The notes below the pieces were generated by a model. That model saw nothing but the letters and a program-made list of their open reading frames with translations. It made no database searches and had not been told where the DNA came from. Positions 16,033 to 24,233 of a stretch of DNA of 46,935 nucleotides are shown piece after piece (the stretch's first letter is position 1; every line of letters begins with the position of its first letter). The position numbers were made by a program, and so were the translations under genes. Origin of the DNA: Bacteroidota bacterium (GTDB taxonomy: Bacteria > Bacteroidota > Bacteroidia > Bacteroidales > JAIPAH01); the NCBI GenBank assembly GCA_051747665.1, contig JBNJGK010000002.1, positions 2,267 to 49,201 on the forward strand, written 5' to 3'.

Positions 16033-17607
16033 ATGTCTTATAAAACCCTGAAAACAGCCAGAGTTATTCTGGCTGGAATTTCTATAACGCTCATTGCTGT
16101 TGCATTTTTTGATTTTCTGGAATTGATTCCCGATAAGCTGATACAAGGAAGCCTTTGGCTGCAGTTTGTGCCTTCTGTCTTATTGTTTTCAAAAGTTTTT
16201 ACAATAGCCTCAGCCTCGTTTATTTTAATACTGGCAATTACTTTCCTTTTTGGAAGAGTGTATTGTGCTTCGCTTTGCCCGTTAGGCATTTTGCAGGATG
16301 TGATATTACGCATTGCACGGAAATTCAAAAAAATCCGCTTTAAGTATGAAAAACCCCTTAACTGGGTACGCCATTTTATTTTGATTTTCACGGTTATCAC
16401 ACTTCTGACCGGAAGTTCGCTGATACTCAATTTACTTGACCCCTACAGCCTGTTCGGCCGTATCTTTTCTGACTTGTTTCGTCCTTTTCTAATGCTGGCA
16501 AATAATGGCCTCTCTGTTCTTTTTCAAAACTTTGATATTTACACTTTTTATGATGTAGATATTAACCTGTTGCACTGGTCGGTATATCTGACACCAATCC
16601 TTTTTTTGTATTTAATCATTCATCTGACTATAACACACGGCAGGCTCTATTGCAACACCATTTGCCCGGTAGGAACACTTTTGGGTTACCTCTCCCAAAA
16701 TGCTTTATACCAAATACGCATCAATCCGCAAACCTGTACTGATTGCAAAGCATGCGAAAAAAACTGTAAAGCAGAATGCATTGATTTGGAAACACAAAAA
16801 GTAGACAATTCACGTTGTATATCCTGCTTCAACTGCCTTACATCCTGCAAGTTTGATGCAATAGATCTGGCAACGCAAAGAAGCAAACCAGAAACAGCAA
16901 AGATAAATCACGAACCGGCAAAACCGTCCGTAGACCAATCCAAAAGACAGGCTTTGCATGTTTTGTTTGGAGCTGTATTAATCCCCACATCTGCAAAAGC
17001 TTCTGTTGATATCGACGCAGAAAATACGGCTACCGTACCGGTCAACCGCAAGCAATATGTTACCCCGCCAGGCTCTGCATTTGTACAGGAATTTTTGAAC
17101 AAATGTACGGCTTGTCATCTTTGCGTAAGCGCATGCCCAACCCAGGTCATTCAGCCTTCCCGCAATGAATTTGGTTGGAAACATATTATGCAGGTCAGGA
17201 TGGATTATCACAGCGGTTTCTGTAATTTTGAATGTATTCGCTGCACAGAGGTCTGCCCCACAGGAGCGCTAACCGATATACTGCTGGAAGACAAAAAGCT
17301 TACGCAACTGGGTAAAGTTAAATTTGTAGAAGATAACTGCATCGTGAAAACCGAAAAAACGGACTGCGGAGCCTGCGCTGAACACTGCCCCACAAAAGCA
17401 GTCTACATGGTTCCCTACGAAGACAACCTGCGTATACCGGAAACCAATAACGATATTTGCATCGGTTGTGGCGCATGTGAATATGCATGCCCTACAACTC
17501 CTTATAAAGCGATTTATGTGGAGGGTAATGCCGTTCACGTAATGGCCGACAAACCTGATGAGGAAAAAGCTAAAAAGAATGAGTTTGAAGGGGATTTTCC
17601 TTTTTAA
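16033..17607 (+). CDS. Membrane-anchored polyferredoxin (NapH/NosR-like TM domain plus multiple 4Fe-4S motifs)
   Basis: The TM region carries CASLCPLG and CNTICPVG. Further Cys motifs are CTDCKACEKNC, CISCFNCLTSC, CTACHLCVSACP, CIRCTEVCP, CGACAEHCP and CIGCGACEYACP. It starts 2 nt after the DUF362 stop. Confidence 0.85.
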   Translation: MSYKTLKTARVILAGISITLIAVAFFDFLELIPDKLIQGSLWLQFVPSVLLFSKVFTIASASFILILAITFLFGRVYCASLCPLGILQDVILRIARKFKKIRFKYEKPLNWVRHFILIFTVITLLTGSSLILNLLDPYSLFGRIFSDLFRPFLMLANNGLSVLFQNFDIYTFYDVDINLLHWSVYLTPILFLYLIIHLTITHGRLYCNTICPVGTLLGYLSQNALYQIRINPQTCTDCKACEKNCKAECIDLETQKVDNSRCISCFNCLTSCKFDAIDLATQRSKPETAKINHEPAKPSVDQSKRQALHVLFGAVLIPTSAKASVDIDAENTATVPVNRKQYVTPPGSAFVQEFLNKCTACHLCVSACPTQVIQPSRNEFGWKHIMQVRMDYHSGFCNFECIRCTEVCPTGALTDILLEDKKLTQLGKVKFVEDNCIVKTEKTDCGACAEHCPTKAVYMVPYEDNLRIPETNNDICIGCGACEYACPTTPYKAIYVEGNAVHVMADKPDEEKAKKNEFEGDFPF

Positions 17608-17932
17608 TCTCTTAATCACAAATGTTTCGCATTTCTTTTATAATATTGAGTATTAATTTTTTAGCTATAGACGAGTTTTATAAATGGTTCTATATCAAGC
17701 TCTAAAATTTCATTATTCAAATTTTAAGCGCGAAACTTTCGTTAATCATATAATTCAGGTAAGAGTACTAATCAACTCTATTTTTTCCCATAATCACACC
17801 CCAGACATCAGCAGTCCCCAACCTACAAATTAAACTGAATATAAATAAGCTTTACCTAAACAAAATATTTGGGCTTTAGATGTGGAATTCATACATTTAT
17901 GCTATTATTTAAAACCAATTTATCTGATATCA

Positions 17933-18727
17933 ATGAAAAACGTGGTGTGGCATTTTCCAGAACATATTGAAAAAGTACCTGATATGCTGAAAAAGCATAA
18001 AGTGTTCCTGCATGGTGGCGGAACGCACCTTACAGGCAACAGACTGAATAACTATGCTCAACTTATCTCGCTGGATAAACTGGGACTTGATTTTATAAAA
18101 AAGGAAAAAGGGTTTTTTCATCTTGGAGCCCAGGCAACCTATCAAAGAGTTGTTGATGAATTAATCAACTACGATTCTGAGCATATCCTGGTGAAAGCGC
18201 TGAGCAAGGCAGCCACTTATCCGCTAAGAAATCGTATCACGCTCGGAGGCAGCCTCTTTTTAAGTCCGGGATGGTCAGACCTTATCGGTCCATTAGCCGC
18301 ACTGAATGCACAAGTGCAGCTTTTCGGTGAAAATCAGGGAACCTATCCCGTATCAGATTATATTCAGAAAAAAGAACTCAAAAAAAACAGCATTATTACA
18401 AAAATCGCTTTCCCCGATAAACCATATAAAAGCAGGTATTATCGTGAAACCATTACAGAAAATGATCATCCGTCTTTTACACTTACTATCCTGAAAGTTG
18501 AAAGCGATATCCGAATCGTTATCACCGGACATACCGGCCGTATCTATCGTGCAGTAAGCGTGGAAGAGGAAATCAGGCAAAATAACTTTCAACCAATAGA
18601 TCGGGAGAAAATCAATTTTCAAAAAGACATCCATTTTGCGCCTGTAAAAGGAATGACTCCCGGTTATATCAGGCATTTAGCCGAAACAGCTATTTTTAGA
18701 GAAACAAACGAAATCCTGAAAGCATAG
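17933..18727 (+). CDS. Molybdenum hydroxylase FAD-binding subunit, short YgfM-like form
   Basis: About 264 aa with FLHGGGTHL and NRITLGGSL. Size and position match E. coli YgfM-type subunits. ATG 17933 is preferred over the GTG 17882 extension. Confidence 0.8.
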   Translation: MKNVVWHFPEHIEKVPDMLKKHKVFLHGGGTHLTGNRLNNYAQLISLDKLGLDFIKKEKGFFHLGAQATYQRVVDELINYDSEHILVKALSKAATYPLRNRITLGGSLFLSPGWSDLIGPLAALNAQVQLFGENQGTYPVSDYIQKKELKKNSIITKIAFPDKPYKSRYYRETITENDHPSFTLTILKVESDIRIVITGHTGRIYRAVSVEEEIRQNNFQPIDREKINFQKDIHFAPVKGMTPGYIRHLAETAIFRETNEILKA

Positions 18728-18730
18728 ACG

Positions 18731-19210
18731 ATGAAAACAAAACTAAATATTAACGGGAAAACCAAACACCTTGAACACGCCGGCGGCGAAAAACTCCTTG
18801 ATACACTCAGGAATCATGGGTATACTGATGTAAAAAGAGGATGCGCTGAAGGAGAATGCGGAGCTTGCCTGATACTCCTTGACGGCAAGCCCGTAAACTC
18901 TTGCCGTGTTTTTACAGCCGCTGTACCTGAACATCAAATTACTACAGTAAAAGGGTTGGGAAGCATACAACAACCACATTTCATACAGGATGCTTTTGCT
19001 GAATCGGGAGCTGTACAATGCGGATTTTGCACACCTGCGCTTGTGCTTTCAACGTATGCACTGCTGCAGCAAAATCCTGAACCCTCAAACCGGGATATTC
19101 ACAAGGCGATGGACGGGATCTTATGCCGCTGCACTGGTTACATCAAAATCATAGATGCTGTAAAACTCGCTGCAGGAAAAATGAAACCGGAAAATACAGA
19201 AAATCAGTAA
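18731..19210 (+). CDS. (2Fe-2S)-binding small subunit of a molybdenum hydroxylase
   Basis: CAEGECGACLILLDGKPVNSC, then QCGFCTPA and CRCTGY. Confidence 0.92.
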   Translation: MKTKLNINGKTKHLEHAGGEKLLDTLRNHGYTDVKRGCAEGECGACLILLDGKPVNSCRVFTAAVPEHQITTVKGLGSIQQPHFIQDAFAESGAVQCGFCTPALVLSTYALLQQNPEPSNRDIHKAMDGILCRCTGYIKIIDAVKLAAGKMKPENTENQ

Positions 19211-19269
19211 TGTGATAAACTGAATTATATCGTCAGTATATTCAAAAACAGGTTTTTAATAATCAACAA

Positions 19270-21603
19270 ATGAATACTATGAGTCAATTTCAAAATATAG
19301 GAAAACCGGTAACAAAAACAGATGCTATCTCTCTGGCCACAGGCAGCGCTCTTTTTACAGAAGATTTTCCGTTAAAGGACGCGCTTTATGTGCGTATCCT
19401 GAGGAGCCCTTATGCTCATGCACGAATTTTGTCTATAGACACCTGCCCCGCAAAAGAAATGGAAGGTGTAGTGGATATTCTGACGCATCAGGATATTGAG
19501 AAAATATATTTTACCACGGCAGGTCAGGGTGCACCGGAACCTTCGCCGTATGACACATTGCTGTTTGACGATATTGTACGTTATGCCGGCGATTTCGTAG
19601 CTATGGTAGCAGCAGAAAGCGAAGAAATTGCTAACGAAGCGGTTTCTAAAATAAAAGTTCGCTATGAGCCTTTACCCGAAGTCTTTGATCCTGAAAAAGC
19701 TCTTGATGAGGGCGCTCCCATAATTCATGATAAAGAAGAGTACTTCCCCATCCCTGTTCCTTACAAACCGAAAGAAAACCTGGCGGCTGAAGTTGAGTTT
19801 TCTATAGGAAACACAACCAAAGGTTTCGAAGAAGCTGATACTGTAATAGAAGAGACATATCGAAGCGATTATGCCTCTCACGCCACCATCGAACCCCACA
19901 TCGCAGCCTCCTGGTTCGATGAAAACGGACGACTGGTTATAGCAACTGCCACGCAGGTACCTTTTCATGCCCGCCGCATTGTGGCTCGCGTGCTGAATTA
20001 CCCATTGAAGAAAATACGCGTTATCAAACCACGCATTGGCGGCGGATTTGGCGCTAAGCAAGAAGTTTTGCTGGAACCGTATGTTGCACTGTTTACGATT
20101 CGCAATAATCGTCCGGTACAACTAATCTATACACGTCGCGAAGAATTTCAGTCGGGAAGACAGCGACACCCAATGAGAGTAAGCCTGAAGATGGGCTTTA
20201 AAAGCAATGGCGAAATAACGTCTCTCGAAATGGATAACCTGATGAACACAGGCGCTTATGGAAGTCACGCGCTTACGGTATTATCCAACTCAGGTTCCAA
20301 ATGCCTGCCGCTGTTTAACAAAATAAATAATATCGCTTTCCGCGGAAGATCTGCCTATACCAACCTTCCGGTAGGAGGCGCTTATCGCGGATATGGAGCC
20401 ACCCAGGCATACTTTGCGCTGAACCAGCATTGGGACAGCATTGCCCGCCAAACCAACCAGGATCTGCCTGAATATTTTAAAAAGTGGCATATCCGTGAAG
20501 GAGAAACTTCCGAAGTTTTTAAAGCATTAGGAGAAGGAAAGGAAGGTGTAGAACAAATTATCAATTCCTGCAAGCTGGATGAATGCATAGACCGCGGGGC
20601 AGAAGCAATAGGCTGGTATCAAAAACGCAATAAAAAGCATGAACCCCGTCCCGGGTTTGTCAGAGGCGTGGGAATGGCAGTAGCCATGCAAGGCTCTGGA
20701 ATTCCTATGATTGATATGGGGGCTGCCTACATGAAAATGAATGAAGATGGCAGTTTTAACCTCGACATTGGCGCTACTGATATCGGAACCGGCTCTGATA
20801 CTATCCTGGCGCAAATCGCCGCTGAAGTGCTGCAAACTGATACGGATAAAATAATTGTGCTTTCTTCAGATACAGACCGCACTCCGTTCGATGTGGGCGC
20901 CTATGCTTCTTCAACAACATACGTTTCCGGTGGGGCTGTAGAAAAATGCGCACGGAAAATCAGTGAGCAAATAACTGAAGTAGCCGCCGATTTGCTTGGC
21001 GCAACACCTGAAAAGGTTATTCTCTCAGGAGGAAAAGCAAAAGACACTGCATCCGGAAAAACGGTTGATTTTGCAGAAATCGGAGCAGAAACGCTTTATG
21101 GAGGGCACCTGAAACAAATTCAGGCAGAGGCATCGCAATCTACGGAGCAGTCTCCCCCACCCTTCATCGCACAATTTGCCGAAGTGGAAGTGGATAAAGT
21201 CACCGGAAAAGTTCGTGTTGTTGAGTTTGTTTCTGCTGTGGATTGCGGTCTGGCGATAAACCCAAAATTGGCAGAAGGACAAATTGAAGGCGCTGCTGTC
21301 AACGGCATGACTTATGCTTTGTTTGAAAACTTCCGGTTTACAGCTAAAGGCCAGGTTACAAACGCTTCATTCTGGGATTATAAAATCTGGCGAAGCAATG
21401 ACATCCCAAAAATGAAAACCATTTTGGTAGATTCTTATGAGGAATCCGGACCGTACGGAGCTAAGTCGGCAGGCGAAATCGGTATCAACGGTCCTGCGCC
21501 GGCCATTGCTAATGCAATTTTTGATGCCGTAGGTATCCGAATGACGGAAATGCCTTTTACTTCAGAAAAAGTATACAAAAAGCTTCACAATCATGCAGAA
21601 TAA
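19270..21603 (+). CDS. Molybdopterin-binding large subunit, xanthine dehydrogenase family (XdhD/aldehyde-oxidoreductase-like signature)
   Basis: The N-terminal Ald_Xan_dh region has RILRSPYAHARI. Other motifs are IGGGFGAKQE, GGAYRGYGATQ and the C-terminal GAKSAGEIGINGPAPAIANAI. Confidence 0.92.
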   Translation: MNTMSQFQNIGKPVTKTDAISLATGSALFTEDFPLKDALYVRILRSPYAHARILSIDTCPAKEMEGVVDILTHQDIEKIYFTTAGQGAPEPSPYDTLLFDDIVRYAGDFVAMVAAESEEIANEAVSKIKVRYEPLPEVFDPEKALDEGAPIIHDKEEYFPIPVPYKPKENLAAEVEFSIGNTTKGFEEADTVIEETYRSDYASHATIEPHIAASWFDENGRLVIATATQVPFHARRIVARVLNYPLKKIRVIKPRIGGGFGAKQEVLLEPYVALFTIRNNRPVQLIYTRREEFQSGRQRHPMRVSLKMGFKSNGEITSLEMDNLMNTGAYGSHALTVLSNSGSKCLPLFNKINNIAFRGRSAYTNLPVGGAYRGYGATQAYFALNQHWDSIARQTNQDLPEYFKKWHIREGETSEVFKALGEGKEGVEQIINSCKLDECIDRGAEAIGWYQKRNKKHEPRPGFVRGVGMAVAMQGSGIPMIDMGAAYMKMNEDGSFNLDIGATDIGTGSDTILAQIAAEVLQTDTDKIIVLSSDTDRTPFDVGAYASSTTYVSGGAVEKCARKISEQITEVAADLLGATPEKVILSGGKAKDTASGKTVDFAEIGAETLYGGHLKQIQAEASQSTEQSPPPFIAQFAEVEVDKVTGKVRVVEFVSAVDCGLAINPKLAEGQIEGAAVNGMTYALFENFRFTAKGQVTNASFWDYKIWRSNDIPKMKTILVDSYEESGPYGAKSAGEIGINGPAPAIANAIFDAVGIRMTEMPFTSEKVYKKLHNHAE

Positions 21604-22960
21604 AATCACTATAAAGAATGGCTATGTCGCGCTGCCGGGTGAAAAAGAGCCACTAAAGATCGATATTGTAGTAGAAGGCGAGCGCATTGCTGTTATAGGT
21701 AAAAACCTGAACCGCGGTAAAATAATCGACGCTAAAAACCTGTTGGTAATGCCTGGAGGCATCGACCCACATGTCCACTTTAACGATCCCGGATATACTG
21801 AACGTGAAGATTTTCTGCATGGCACTTCTGCAGCCGCTGCGGGGGGTATCACAACCATCATCGATATGCCCTGCACCTCCATCCCGCCTGTCAATACGCT
21901 TGAAAACCTTCACACGAAAAACCAACAAATTCAAAATAAAGCCATTGTAGACTATGGCCTTTATGGAGGTGTTTGCGCCCAAACCTATCATGAATCGCTC
22001 GAAAAGCACATGAAAGAGCTTTCCGCGAGTGTGATGGGTTTTAAAGTCTATTTCCTTTCGGGAATGGATAGTTTCCATAGTCTGAATGCATATCAGTTTG
22101 AGCAGGTTCTGAAAAAAGCAAAATCCCTCAACAAAACAGTGCTTCTGCACGCCGAAGACCCGGATTACGTCAATCCCGCCACCGCCGCAGAGAAAACCGC
22201 AAATGACACCTGGGAAGCTTATTACCGGTCAAGACCCGAAATGGCTGAAATCCTGGCTGTGAAAAAAGCAGTTCAAATAGCAAACTCTGCCGGCGCCAGC
22301 CTGCACATTGTGCACATCGGCAGCGCAGAAGCCGTTTTAGACATCCCCAAGAATTCAAAAATCAGCGGAGAAACCTGCCCGCACTATCTTGCTTTTTCTT
22401 ATGAGGATTTTGAAAAGCAGGGTAGCAGCCTGAAAACAGCCCCCGTTGTAAAAGCCCCGGGAAACGCCAATTTGCTTTGGAACTTCTTATCAACAGGTCG
22501 CCTGGATTTTGTTGCCACAGACCATGCCCCTGCCCCTGCCCAGGCCAAAAACCGCGGCTCTGTATGGAATGATTATGCCGGCATTCCGGGCATTGAAACG
22601 TACTTTCCTTACCTGTTTTCTGAAGGATACATGAAAAGCCAAATTTCTTTGGAAACGCTGCTTAGAATCACCTCAGGAAACGCTGCCCGGCGCTACAATT
22701 TCTTTCACCGCAAAGGCTCCATATCTGTGGGAAAAGAAGGTGATTTTGTGCTTATCAATCCCGATAAGGAACAGACGGTTAAGGGGCAAGATTTCTTTTC
22801 AAAAGGAAAAATAACGCCTTTTGAAGGCATGAAGCTCAAAGGAAAAATTGATAAAACCATTCTGCGGGGGAAAGTCGTATATGATACTGAGCAAGGCATT
22901 ACGACAGAACCCGGATATGGAAAATGGATAAAACCTAAACACAAAAACTATGGCAAATAA
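21593..22960 (+). CDS. Cyclic amidohydrolase, allantoinase (AllB)-like, of the dihydropyrimidinase/hydantoinase superfamily
   Basis: MPGGIDPHVHFNDPG, AAAGGITTIIDMP, GFKVY, VLLHAED, LHIVHIGS, ETCPHYL and VATDHAP. By recall it is collinear with E. coli AllB along its whole length. Confidence 0.85.
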   Translation: MQNKITIKNGYVALPGEKEPLKIDIVVEGERIAVIGKNLNRGKIIDAKNLLVMPGGIDPHVHFNDPGYTEREDFLHGTSAAAAGGITTIIDMPCTSIPPVNTLENLHTKNQQIQNKAIVDYGLYGGVCAQTYHESLEKHMKELSASVMGFKVYFLSGMDSFHSLNAYQFEQVLKKAKSLNKTVLLHAEDPDYVNPATAAEKTANDTWEAYYRSRPEMAEILAVKKAVQIANSAGASLHIVHIGSAEAVLDIPKNSKISGETCPHYLAFSYEDFEKQGSSLKTAPVVKAPGNANLLWNFLSTGRLDFVATDHAPAPAQAKNRGSVWNDYAGIPGIETYFPYLFSEGYMKSQISLETLLRITSGNAARRYNFFHRKGSISVGKEGDFVLINPDKEQTVKGQDFFSKGKITPFEGMKLKGKIDKTILRGKVVYDTEQGITTEPGYGKWIKPKHKNYGK

Positions 22961-24233
22961 ATACATCATCAAAAACGCAATCATCACAGACGGCATTTCG
23001 CGCCTTATGGAAAACGGCGCCATCAGGGTGGATGATGGTAAAATTGCCATCTTAGACCCTGAAAACAGCCTCCGTGATGAAAATGCCGAAGTCATTGACG
23101 CAGGAGGCAGAATAGTGATTCCCGGTCTTGCAAACCCGCATCACCACCTTTATTCCCGCTTTGCGGTGGGATTATCGCCGCTGGGACCGGCTGATAAACT
23201 ATCCGAAATCCTGAACCACTTATGGTGGCCGCTCGACCGGGCACTGGATGAAGAAACGGTTTATTATTCGGCCTTATCGGCAATCATGGACTCTATTAAA
23301 CATGGCGTTACTACTGTTTTTGATCATCATGCATCCAACTCATTCGTGAAAGGAAGTTTAAACACAATTGAAAAGGCCTTTCAGGAAGCAGGCATCAAAG
23401 GTGTGTTGGCCTACGAAGTATCTGACCGCGAAGGAAAAGACATTTTCAGAGAACAAGTGGAGGAAAATCTAGACTTTTATAAAAAAACCCAAAACAATCC
23501 TGATTTAAAAGGCATGATGGGATTGCATGCCAATTTTACACTTAGCCGTGAATCGCTGCAATTCCTTCGCAAAGTGATGCCTGACGGTATGGGCATTCAT
23601 ACACACTGCGGCGAGGGCAAAGAAGATTTTGATTTCTGTATTGAAGATGGCTTTGCAGGTCCGGTGGATAGGCTAAATGCTTTCGGACTTGTTGACGAAG
23701 CTTCCTTTTTGATTCACTGCATACATCTGTCTGAAAAGGATTTCCGCATCATCAACGAAAAAAATCCTGTAGTGGTTTCCAACCCTGAATCCAATGCCAA
23801 CAACGGGGTAGGCATGATGAATACAGAAAAAATCAGGAATTATGTTTTAGGCACTGATGGTATGTCAGGGAATATCATTGGCAGCCATCGCTCTCATTTT
23901 CTGAGAAGAAACGGAAACGTAGAAAATCCGTCAGGAAAACTATTCCGAAACACCAACCAGCTTGTTCAGTCTGTTTTTCCAGACTGCGGAGGACTGGAAC
24001 CTGGAAAAAGAGCCGATATAGCCATCCTGGATTATATTCCTGAAACACCCGTTAACCTGAACAATTTGTTTTTCCATTTAATTATGGGATTCGGCGCACA
24101 GCAAACCTGGATGACGATGGCGAACGGCAAAATCTTATTTAAAGAAGGAAAAATACAACACCTTGATGAAGCAGCGCTGAAAGCCGATTTCCAGAAAGCA
24201 GCAAAAAAATTACACCGGAGGTTTTATGAATGA
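22950..24233 (+). CDS. ssnA: SsnA-family aminohydrolase
   Basis: PGLANPHHHLYS and LWWPLDRALDEETVYYSALSAIMDSIKHGVTTVFDHHAS. The second block is near-identical in layout to E. coli SsnA LWWRLDRALDEESLYYSGL...DHHAS. LGTDGMSGN is also present. Confidence 0.85.
   Translation: MANKYIIKNAIITDGISRLMENGAIRVDDGKIAILDPENSLRDENAEVIDAGGRIVIPGLANPHHHLYSRFAVGLSPLGPADKLSEILNHLWWPLDRALDEETVYYSALSAIMDSIKHGVTTVFDHHASNSFVKGSLNTIEKAFQEAGIKGVLAYEVSDREGKDIFREQVEENLDFYKKTQNNPDLKGMMGLHANFTLSRESLQFLRKVMPDGMGIHTHCGEGKEDFDFCIEDGFAGPVDRLNAFGLVDEASFLIHCIHLSEKDFRIINEKNPVVVSNPESNANNGVGMMNTEKIRNYVLGTDGMSGNIIGSHRSHFLRRNGNVENPSGKLFRNTNQLVQSVFPDCGGLEPGKRADIAILDYIPETPVNLNNLFFHLIMGFGAQQTWMTMANGKILFKEGKIQHLDEAALKADFQKAAKKLHRRFYE

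Noticed and set aside
17624-17736. GTTTCGC…GCGAAAC inverted heptamers 99 nt apart in the operon leader
   Set aside because: The arms are only 7 bp with a long AT-rich spacer, so chance occurrence is plausible. It is mentioned only as a possible relative of the 15-76 hairpin.
17608-17932. Purine or guanine riboswitch upstream of the hydroxylase operon
   Set aside because: I looked for the conserved guanine-riboswitch core elements (GAUAUGG…UUUCUACC…CCGUAAA…GACUAU) and found none. I cannot evaluate xanthine/NMT1-type motifs from memory, so that possibility is left to a covariance-model scan.
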